Below, piece after piece: positions 11,780 through 22,520 of a stretch of DNA of 64,000 nt. This DNA is from Laetmonice hystrix. Its lineage: Eukaryota. The translations under genes were made by a program, and so were the position numbers. Numbering within the stretch: the stretch's first letter is position 1; each line of letters starts with the position of its first letter. The notes beneath the pieces were generated by a model. The model made no database searches. It was not told the DNA's origin and saw nothing but the letters and a program-made list of their open reading frames with translations. Where the stretch lies: contig OZ249437.1 in NCBI GenBank assembly GCA_965235115.1, forward strand, positions 47,678,001 through 47,742,000. Reading direction: 5' to 3'.

Positions 11780-13154
11780 TTAACGGTCAGCCACCCGACG
11801 CCCTACCTCGTGAAATCTCAACATCTCCCTCCGAGTATGTGGAAGCACAAAACAATTGGATCGATCACGATGAAAGACAATCTGGGGTCAAACAAAAGGT
11901 CATCGAAACGCGTGATGTGTGAGGAGCAGGTCTTCGTTCTCAACGTGCCAGGAGAGTGAGATGAGTGGTTACCAGACAGGCCACGGCCAGCCGACCGACC
12001 GGCCGACAACTCGAGCGCCACCTGTTGGAGGAAGACCCCATTGACCGACCGAGCCATGGCACGTATACATTATTACTCATTCGTTGTGTGAACAAAGTAC
12101 AAGTAGGCAAGCTCCACGCCCACATTCCAATCTGTCTGCCTATTTTTCGTTGGATCAGGGATATGAATTATCCTCAGCTCAACCCCTGGCTGTTCGTAAA
12201 GGCGACACATGGGGCGAGGGCTGGTGTGGGGAAGTGGTCGAGTGTCGGATTGCAGAATCGTCTCTGTGGTACAGATGGATTTTCATCCTTCCAGTAACCT
12301 TTTATCACTGGCCTTACCCACTCTTCCGCCAATCGGTCACCAAAGACTTTGATATGTTCAGCCGTGTGTACGTAACTCGGCATAGAAGAGAACCCTTGCA
12401 ATTTTTCCAAAAAGATGGGGACTGCCTCCCGGTGGCAGGTTTCTTTCTCACTTTATCCTCACTTCATCTCCCTCCCCCGGACTCGGAGGTACAATAGATC
12501 CCTTGAATCATTATTAAACTGTTGATATCACCCTAAATAGGGCTGAAATACTGCCACTGCGCCTGCAGTAGATTGGTTCATTCTAACTTGGAGTCCCATG
12601 ACTCCCCGCAACTGTGTTGTACTGTACATCACTTTATTGTGTACACCAGCATGTACACACGCGCTTCCTTCCTATTCCTGCCTGGCCTGAATACCATGCC
12701 GCGGTTACTTTGTACCGAAATTTCTACCAAAATGCCTCTTAAATATTTTATTAACTATGAGTTAAAATGGCAAAAGAATGTAGATATATTCCTTTTTGTA
12801 TTTTGTCACAAAATGACTATAAGTTTGCCGGATAACAAATGGGAAAAACAAGAAGTGCTTCTGCTAATGGAAGAAAGAGTCTTTTCTCTGCCCAAAGGCC
12901 ATTGCCTCCATTAACGCAACACTTGTCTCCTAATGGCAAGTTAACAAATTATATTATTCTTTACACACATTCAGAAATGACGCTGCAGTAACATTAGCTC
13001 AGGTCCTCGCAAGCTGTGAAGGCACAAAGAAATAATATGAGTATGGTTAGTGTTGGGAATGCCCCAAGTTTGAGCCCAAAGTTGCGCTAAGCTCAGAGTT
13101 CACAGGTAGGTAATATATCTGGAGGAGGTGCTCAGTGTCGGTCTTAGTGTCTCG

Positions 13155-13267
13155 TTTATATAGCGACCTGCTCCTCCGGTTGTAATCACTGCCCACCTCA
13201 ACAATGGTCTCAGCACCTCGCGCCCCAACCACGTGACTCCGCCCCCTCCCACGCCTGTCACGTGACA
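13155..13267 (-). promoter_or_regulatory. Putative Pol II promoter (TATA + GC box + two CACGTG E-boxes) firing leftwards
   Basis: Minus-strand CTATATAAA (13155-13163), CACGTG (13230-13235), GGGGCGGAGT (13236-13245) and the 12-bp palindrome TGTCACGTGACA (13256-13267), all upstream of the TATA in minus orientation. Confidence 0.45.
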
Positions 13268-14698
13268 TGCCACCCCACTGACCTTCCTGAATAAACTAGA
13301 ATTGTACCATGTCCTTCTCGCAACTTTGCTGAGTCCCCTTTGTTCGGAGACACGCATTGTCACTTAGCCGAGCAGAGCACTTCGACAGTTTTGTCAATTT
13401 GTATCCCGGCAAAGCGGAGGTTGCCGACAGAGACGCCTTTAAAACCCGCTGGCACGGGCATGCGAATTTTTAAAAACGGCCAAGTCCTTAGTTATTTTCA
13501 TTTTGTCTCTTTTTTTACTCTCTTTACTTTCTGTTTGTTAATCAACTTATCCAAATTCTCGACTTGTGCTTCCTGAATGGTGAATGATACGTTAGTACTG
13601 CCCTTACCGGAAGCTCTTTCATTTTCTTTTACTTAATTATACCGAAACGTGTGAAGGCTAGGTCGTGGATTTAGTTATGTGGATCATCAGTCAAACTGTC
13701 TGACTGCTGTACGAATGTGAAACCAATCTCTCGACATCTTAACACTCGCCATCAATATAAAAATACTAACTAATTATACAATAACATTCCAGAGAGTCAT
13801 ACGTTTCAAAAGTAATTGGTGACATTGATATATGTTAACAGACGTCACAGACGTTAAAACAAAAATAACCCCTAAACACCCCTAGACACAAATCGTGAAT
13901 AAATGTAACAGATGTATAAAAAAAACATCCATTAAAATCAGATTCGACTTTATGTTAAAATATACTTTGCCGATGAAATGGAGGCAATGTTTAGTAGACA
14001 TTTCAGAAAACAAAGGCTTTTCGTTTACATTATCACAGTCCTCCAGAGTGTTAACACTGTAAATAAATTTCTTCATGGCACAACAGGCCGGGTGGTCTTC
14101 TCAGACAAAGAACCCCGGGCGTGCTGCCTTCTCTGACCTAAGGGTCCAACAAGGCGACTGGGCACAAATTGTGATCAATGTCGTCTCCTGCCTGGTCCAA
14201 TGCAACCAGCGATGGGTCGAGGTGGCCCACCGAATTTCCTGACCAAGACGGTCCTAGCTTTCAGGCCACAAGTCACGGATTCTCGACTTCCGTTATATCT
14301 CCTCCACTGAGCTACAAGGCCGTGCTCAAAATGACTTCATCACTCAGGCCAACCTTAGTAATACTCGGCAAGTCCAGCACTGACGAGCCACCAACGACCT
14401 TAACATATGGCATCCATGGCTCTCTGTTTCAGTAAACAATATGCGAGGATTTAGGGTTCTCAGCCAATCATGGCGTGATTTAGACGACTCAAAGTACCAC
14501 TTAAACTAAACAAATTCTCCTAACTCAACACGGCCCTCCTTCTTACTGTTACCCGTACTTATAACACGGACATAATGGTTGATCTAGACATACTAAACGA
14601 CATGTACTGTCAGCATAAACTTCCTCTAACGTCCATCATTATATCCCGTCGGGCTCGCAATCACAGCCTCCAGGCAGTGCTCAGCTAACTGTATTCAG

Positions 14699-14933
14699 GG
14701 CCAATCACAGGCACACGATTTTTGTCAGGATTTCGGGTTCTTCCAGAGTTCATCAGCCTGACAAATTCGTTGGGAAACTCTTCAAAATGGAGAAAGAACT
14801 CGTAAGTAGTATTATGGATGGAGTTCAGGGCAAAAATTACATCGTGTATGGACACGAACTTCGTAGATCTTGTACGAATTTCCTACGACAAAAGGGTTCG
14901 TGCGTTTAAATAGTCTAGTCAGTGTGAACGGCC
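14699..14933. mobile_element. Harbinger/PIF-like MITE
   Basis: CAG|GGGCCAATCACA ... TGTGAACGGCC|CAG: short imperfect TIR and CAG flanks, with a one-base asymmetry. Confidence 0.4.
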
Positions 14934-15299
14934 CAGTTAGTTACTGTGAAGTAGACATTCACTACGGGGGACCCAGGCCCTGTTATTGACTGCTGTATGT
15001 CACATGCCATTTATAAAGATATGTCGTAGACGATCTAAGTACCATGTTATGTGTAACCAGCCAACATGGGGACAAGCTGGTACTCAACAAACACACCACG
15101 CTAGTCCTTAGTCAAGGCCCAGACTAACGGACAACCAATATTGCTCCCGCACAATTGTGAGATCTCAGCTTTGCGTATTTCAGACTGGTCTTTTATAACA
15201 GCTTGATTCGGACCAATTGAGGAGACAGAACTCAGTGTAGCCTGTCATGTCGATGACGTTGGTACCAGGGGGTAGGCCTACATTACCACGACAAGTCAA

Positions 15300-15487
15300 G
15301 CTGTATCCTCACTGGGCGCGTGCGACGCGAGCGACGCGCGCGTTTTTTTAAAGAAGTAATGGAAATGAATGGAGCGCGTCACAAAAAATGTCGCGCGCGG
15401 CCAGTGCAGATGGCTCCATTCATTTCCATTACTTCTCAAATAAACGCGCGCGTCGCTCGCGTCGCACGCGTCCAGTGAGGATACAGC
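15300..15487. mobile_element. Fold-back MITE (~188 bp, ~76-bp arms)
   Basis: GCTGTATCCTCACTGG.CGCGTGCGACGCGAGCGACGCGCGCGTTT...GAAGTAATGGAAATGAATGGAGC is mirrored at 15413-15487. Flanks TCAA / TTAA suggest a TTAA TSD with one mismatch. Confidence 0.75.
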
Positions 15488-15993
15488 TTAACTCTTTGAT
15501 CTCTGGTAACATCATCTGTGCAATAGGAGCAACAATCAGGTAGATTTACTTCGTTATGTTAATCTCGAAGGTAAAATTGTTATCTACCTGACCTTGATAT
15601 CACTGATGTGCGACCACTTTCATCACTTCTGCCTCAGTTAATGTACCGAATGTCACATTGATGCGACAGAGCGTCATCATGCCTTGGATTAGGTGGCGGT
15701 TCCTTGGCGGTGATTTACCGGTAATGTAACAAACACATTTCCAGTGAAGGCACGAGTAGCGTTGAAATGTGCCTTGAGTTGTGAAACTTTAACCACTGGC
15801 GGTGGCCTCTCCACAAATCTTCGCCAACATCTCATGCATTTCCGGACTGCCAAGTAAAAACTGTCTGGGGCGATTTACTACGACGTAAAAAAAATGACGG
15901 GATGACGTCCTGACGCCCCCCCCCCCCCAAATACACACACACGGAAGGTAATATACTGATCATATAACGAACCTAATCATGTCGGTCAATGGG

Positions 15994-16370
15994 CAGGTGT
16001 AAAGATTTCAAGTTCCCCCTCATTCAAGTCCCCCCTCACCCGGGAACTTGAAAACGTTTGCAAATTCCCTTACAGGAATTTAAAAACGTTTTCAAATTCT
16101 CAGACAGCCTGGCAGCCTACTGGTGGCCTTAGACTAGCGAGAATAAAATGCCCACAATTTGTTTTATAAATGATCACACATGCCTGAAACTTTTAATATG
16201 GCTCTCAATGTCATGATCTCCCCGCCTGAGTATGTAAATACGTTACATTTTCTATCACTTTAAGTTCCTTGGGGAAGAAAAGTTCAATCGTGGGAGGGAA
16301 TTTGAAAACGTTTTCAAGTTTCGGTGGGGGGGGGGGTTGAATAATGGGGAACTTGAAATCGCTACACCTG
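15994..16370. mobile_element. CAG-ended MITE with ~80-bp imperfect TIRs
   Basis: CAGGTGTA..GATTTCAAGTTCCCC...AACTTGAAAACGTTT.CAAATTCCCT is mirrored at ~16290-16370. No TSD detected. Confidence 0.6.
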
Positions 16371-17036
16371 GCTGGGGGCGGAGAGGGTAGGTATAGAGTG
16401 GGAGTCGCAGACGTGCGTGCGTCGAGGTGTGGGTGGGGGTAGGTCATTAGGACTTTTTCTGAATACATGAGTCTGACCTAATCCCAGAAAAAACTTCCCT
16501 TTTACTGCATCGTTTCTTTCATAGGCTATTTGTTCTGGTGATATATGCATTGGTTTGAGGAGGCCATATCTAGAATATTTTCTCGATAAATTCCCAGGTC
16601 TCCAGAACTCGAAATGTGAAGAGAAAATAATGTCCAAGCCATTAGTCTTAAACAGATCACCACTGGGAACAATTGAATAATAGCCCCTTTATCGCGATGA
16701 CCAAACATGTCCGGGTGAAAACAGCTTCAGAATTAATCTTCCTCCATGATCTCGTCAGATAAAATTTGCAATTTATCTGAAGCACAAGAAATCTCGTTAA
16801 TGCCAGACCAAAGCCAATTAGTGTTCTGGCAGAGGTAATCACGTCAAAATAAGTCTCCTGACTGAGTTGACGCTGGCCATTACCATATTATTGTTTCATT
16901 GCTGATAGTCAGAATGATGAAATCGTTCAGTTATGCATCAGTTACAAGCCCAAGCGTTAACGCATCCACAAGGTCCGTTTACGTCCAATGTTCTTCAGAA
17001 AAAGCAAAAGCAAATCTAGGGCCTCTGTATTACGGT

Positions 17037-17610
17037 GCGTAATGTACCGGACAACCAGTCGTACTACGTATCACGGTGCGTAATGTACTGGACAACCAGG
17101 CGTACTATGTCTGTATCACGGCGCGTAATGTACTGGACAACCAGGCGTACTATGTCTGTATCACGGCGCGTAATGTACTGGACAACCAGGCGTACTATGT
17201 CTGTATCACGGCGCGTAATGTACTGGACAACCAGGCGTACTATGTCTGTATCACGGCGCGTAATGTACTGGACAACCAGGCGTACTATGTCTGTATCACG
17301 GCGCGTAATGTACCGGACAACCAGGCCTACTGTGTCTGTATCACGGCGCGTAATGTACCGGACAACCAGGCGTACAATGTCTGTATCACGGCGCGTAATG
17401 TACCGGACAACCAGGCGTACAATGTCTCTATCAAGGAGCGTAATGTACCGGACAACCAGGCGTACTATGTCTGTATCACGGCGCGTAATGTACCGGACAA
17501 CCAGGCGTACAATGTCTCTATCAAGGAGCGTAATGTACCGGACAACCAGGCGTACTATGTCTGTATCACGGCGCGTAATGTACCGGACAACCAGGCCTAC
17601 TATGTCTGTA
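17037..17610. repeat. 45-bp minisatellite, ~13 copies
   Basis: Unit GCGTAATGTAC(T/C)GGACAACCAGGCGTACTATGTCTGTATCACGGC. Confidence 0.97.
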
Positions 17611-20452
17611 CGATCTGAGCATGAGCTGTGATACTTCATACACTTGAGAACCCAAAGGGAAATTGTTGAGAATATGACTGGCTTCAGTCAGGGACATGTA
17701 CATTCACTTCGAGTAAACTACTACAGATATATATTATGTATAATAGCACAACTCGGGCGTTGGCATTTAGACGGAAACTGTCCTGAAAAGCTTCACGCTT
17801 GGGTTCTCTTTCTCTCCAGGACGAATAAGTGATAGAAACGTATTATTACAATGAATACGGAGCTGTAAATCATATCAAAATATTCCATGGTGTGTTTTTT
17901 TGTTCTTCATCAGGAAAAACAAGACCACATCCAAAAGAAATCAAACATGCCATTTATACCAGTTTCGGTTGATAGCTGAAATGACAGCTCCTCATCAAAT
18001 GACTTCAAACACGAGGCAAATGGCCGGACTTCGTTTCGAAATTCGTTTCGAAATTTTAAGAATGGTTACTTTGGCTTCAATGCATGGCGTGAACAAGTGA
18101 GCGACAAATTCATCTGTTTCTATTTATCCGTTTTCACGTGACATTATAAGACCTCGTTGAGGTGTCAACCCTCTAACAATGCCTTACACGAGATCATACC
18201 GGCCCACCGTAACTCCATTGGACATTCGATCCTTCGGGGGGGGGGGGGGCACCCCGGGGGGGGGGGCTGGGGAGGGCCCAACGCCACCTCTTATTTTGAT
18301 TACAGTTCATATCTCAACTTTATTTTGATTACAATTCATATAGCGATATTATTTTCTCACTAATGTACTCCCTCGAGGCAAGCCACGCAATTTGTAATAC
18401 TAGAGTTAACCTCCGGTTAAACGATGGGAGTAAGTACATGAGCACTAATGGATTAATATTCTAAATTCCTTTTAGCTACTCCTTGTATGTTTCCACTTAT
18501 AAAAATTAAAGAGGGTGTTGCCGTTCCTTCTAATCCATCCCACCACACAATTGAAAAACACATCAAAAGTTCAAATCTAAGTTTCCGGATAATTTATACG
18601 GAATAATTTAAATTAAGTGTACGTGTACTGCCCACACGTATGTGCAATTACGGATCTATGAAATTCTACATTTCTGTTCCGCTTTCCTTTCCGATTTCCG
18701 TGCGCTGAAACACGCGCGCGGAAAAGTCAGTGCACATCGACTATTTCCCGCGTTGTTTCCGCTAATATGGAAAAGCGGACCTTCAGCAATGGCGAGGAGG
18801 AGAAAGCTGCTGAAAATTATTACCTTTGGAAATTGTGACCAAAAAACACCAGCATGGTTTTCCTCTTGGGTCTTCTCTACTATACAAATGATAACATCCG
18901 TTTTGCATTGCTCGTTCCGGTTTGTTTGTTCGTTGTTGTTTTCTTGTTTTTTGCCCCCCCCCCCACGATTACGAATCATCATCATTGTTGTCCGTCGCAG
19001 CAGACATAAGAGCATGCCAAGATATCACACCATGTGAGCCGAGGTAAGGAGACTGCCTAATGACGCCAGTCCCACAGTAGACATCTACAGGCATCAGTCG
19101 GCAGAAATCTCCGTACAATTATCAGACTGCATGTAGCCATGCCAGCTGGCCAGCTCGATGACATGTCAGCATCCGCAGATGGAACAGGAGTTGACAATGG
19201 GCGCCATCCACGTACAGGGACCACAGTAATTTCCAATTATAAGCTTTGATAACTAGCATAGGAATGATTGAAGAATGACAAGTTATCAGAGAGTGCGCCC
19301 CTCCCTTTCACTCCTAGCGTCCAGGAGCACTTTCACAGCTGTTTACGGATATCAAGAGACCATTTTGGAAGTATAGTTACCGACACAACACCTGGAACCC
19401 TGGAGAGAGCGCACAGTCTGCCGAGCTGACGCCTTGAATATCTTTATAATGACATAATTATCTCGCTTTATTTATAGTTGGCTTATTTGTGAAGGTAGAC
19501 AATGCTCCATATGACAAGTTGTTGTGGTATGATACTCTACCGTGCTTCTCTCTCAGTAGACTTTTTAAGAGTTTGTTTTTCTTGCTTTGCTCTATCTATT
19601 GAACTGAGCACAAAGTACTGTAGGTAAGTATATCGAACATTAACATTTTCATCTACCTGAATCTGGCCCCGTACACAATAAGACTAGTGTTATATTCGAA
19701 GGTACATGTGTATTCTTTAACGAATTGCGCCTCTCATATTTCACGAAATGTTGATTACCGGAGGTTTTTGTGAACTAAAATAAGTTGTAACTGTCTATTC
19801 CCAACTCCCCCCCCCCACGCCCCAAACTTGTAAACGCTGGATTTACCCCAACATACCGTGGCACTGTATTACATCAATGTCTCTGTAAACTGACGTATGG
19901 TGATTGACCAACTAGGTTCCTGATGACCCAGTGCCTCGCGGCAAGTCCGGGGAATGGACCTCAGGTAGACTATTGTGGAATAAAGTTACTCTTGGCTGAC
20001 TTGGAAAGTATCTAACAAGTGTGTTTTCCTAGTCATACCAGTACCTGGTATTTACGTAATCCTTGTGGTACGCGTACGGGTGCTATATCATACAGGGCAT
20101 TCAAGGTCCGCCATAGGCTTACTCAGCCACGTTCTTAGACAAAATGGTGTTATTCACATAGACCATGTCCGTCTTGAGGGCTCCGTCCGTGTATTATGTC
20201 ATGGTACAAATGGAACTCTCGAACAAGTACAGATCACAACTGGGATTCGTACCAGTACGAAATCACAACTGGCATTTCTACAGGTAGAGTTTTTAAATTT
20301 TGCAAGACACATGACCCCAGACCCCAGCAGGGCGTTGGCCTTCGCGCTGGCCACCTAATGACCTAACATCTAAGAATATCCCTCTCTAGGAGACCAGCGA
20401 CTATTAATTCACGCTGGAATAATTCCAGCTCACAACCTTGTCTTCATTAGGA

Positions 20453-21147
20453 TCTCTGTATTGTCATATAATGGGCCACGTAGTAAATCTAAAGTATGAG
20501 AGAGAAAGGGATCCGATGACTATCTCTGTATTGTCATATAATGGCCCACGTAGTAAATCTAAGGTATGAGAGAGAAAGGGATCCGATGACTATCTCTGTA
20601 TTGTCATATAATGGGCCACGTAGTAAATCTAAAGTATGAGAGAGAAAGGGATCCGATGACTATCTCTGTATTGTCATATAATGGGCCACGTAGTAAATCT
20701 AAAGTATGAGAGAGAAAGGGATCCGATGACTATCTCTGTAATGTCATATATTTATAATGGCCCACGTAGTAAATCTAAAGTATGAGAGAGAAAGGGATCC
20801 GATGACTATCTCTGTATTGTCATATAATAGCCCACGTAGTAAATCTAAAGTATGAGAGAGAAAGGGATCCGATGACTATCTCTGTAATGTCATATATTTA
20901 TAATGGCCCACGTAGTAAATCTAAAGTATGAGAGAGAAAGGGATCCGATGGCTATCTCTGTATTGTCATATAATGGCCCACGTAGTAAATCTAAAGTATG
21001 AGAGAGAAAGGGATCCGATGACTATCTCTGTATTGTCATATAATGGCCCACGTAGTAAATCTAAAGTATGAGAGAGAAAGGGATCCGATGACTATCTCTG
21101 TATTGTCATATAATGGGCCACGTAGTAAATCTAAAGTATGAGAGAGA
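20453..21147. repeat. 70-bp minisatellite, ~10 copies
   Basis: Unit TATCTCTGTATTGTCATATAATGGGCCACGTAGTAAATCTAAAGTATGAGAGAGAAAGGGATCCGATGAC (20521, 20591, 20661...). Two copies carry a 6-bp insertion. Confidence 0.97.
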
Positions 21148-21165
21148 TGCCACATGTTTACAAGT

Positions 21166-21357
21166 CAGGGTTTCCTGCAGATTTTCGACTTTTTTTTTGG
21201 GGGGGGGGGGGGGGTGGTGCGAGTTTGGGGGGGGGGGGAGTAATGCGATTTTTTTTGGGGGGGGGGGGGAGTAGCTGAATAATGGGGGGTGGAGAGTCCC
21301 ACCCCCCCCCCCCCCAAAAAAAAAAAAAGAAAAGAAAAGGGCCTGCAGGAAACCCTG
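21166..21357. mobile_element. CAGGG-ended MITE with 5-bp TSD (hAT5-like)
   Basis: 15-bp perfect TIR CAGGGTTTCCTGCAG / CTGCAGGAAACCCTG. CAAGT on both flanks (21161-21165, 21358-21362). Interior is mostly G/C/T/A homopolymer runs. Confidence 0.7.
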
Positions 21358-22384
21358 CAAGTGCCCCTTTCAGAAAGCGGGGTACGCCTGCAATGACGGC
21401 CGTGCCGTTGATCAGTTCTGACGGTGAATATTTGTATTTCAATTACACCGCCACGCTCACTCAACACATTAAGAACCTAATCTATACCGCCAATTACAGA
21501 AACAACAGATTAATAGGAAAAGATCAAATAACTCGGCACCGGCACTATTTGTCAACAAAAACCTCAATCCTTTCAAGCATTTTGCTTGGGTGCAAGTTAA
21601 TGAGCCCTGTTGGCTGATAATATAAAGTGAATTTTCTGTCCGATTACAAAGGCCATTGGAATGGTTAAAACCTAGAATTATCAAATTGACTGATATTCCT
21701 GATTGATGGAAGCATATAAAATATTTCGATAAACAGGAGAATTGATCACCACTGGTAAATTTTAAAGTGCTATTACGGTTTTCGATTCATTTTAGTCTCT
21801 ATGGCCATTACACATTTACTTTACAAAAGTCAAATTGTGATCCAAAGTTCTTGGCGGAACACAATTAGAAATCATTGCTACTGATATGTTCAATGAAACT
21901 AAGCCAACCATTAATATCTAGAGAAATGCCTTTTGATGTTTCTACCGTAGATTTAAAAAAAAATCTATTGTTCCTAAAAATGGAGCAAAGTAAAACCTTA
22001 GCTTAGGTCTAAGACAACGCTTGAAAAACAATTTTCACGGTTGCTGAATGTCTTTCAAATGGTACGTTCAAAATAAATATGGTTTATCCTTATGGCTTAA
22101 ACGGTGCATGTATCACACACACTCCTAAAATAAACATGATTGCATATTTCAGTGAAAGAATAATGACCTTAGATTAGGTTCACAGCATCCATGCATGACA
22201 TGTTGAAAACGTCGATTTGTAGCCAAAGTTGGGTTGTTCAGCCTGCTGGCCACTGAACGCGTGCAAAGACGGTTCTGGTCATGATGACAACACATGACAC
22301 TGTGAAGTCGTCAGCGTGATCGGTGTAAACCGTTCGACAAGTTGGCCAGGTGACAGACACCATTGGTCTGATTACGTGACTTAC

Positions 22385-22520
22385 CATAGTCCTCGCTGCC
22401 ACCAGTACGCTCATACTTGGGAGCTCGAGGATAGTCCCTGCCCATCAGCTCCGAGTAATCACCATTAGGAAGACCAAAGTCCGCCTCCTTGTTTGGGAAT
22501 GGCTGTATTTCGGATTCATT
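22385..22520 (-). CDS. Probable internal coding exon of an unidentified minus-strand gene
   Basis: Acceptor ctctgtttcAG, donor G|GTAAGT, 136 bp (phase 0 to 1). Reads NESEIQPFPNKEADFGLPNGDYSELMGRDYPRAPKYERTGGSEDY. Phase compatible with the 6454-6662 terminal exon. Confidence 0.55.

Noticed and set aside
14100-14320. Faint tyrosine-recombinase-like text (HNLCPVALLD..REGSTPG) on the minus strand
   Set aside because: Too short and interrupted, with no catalytic R-H-R-Y motifs visible.
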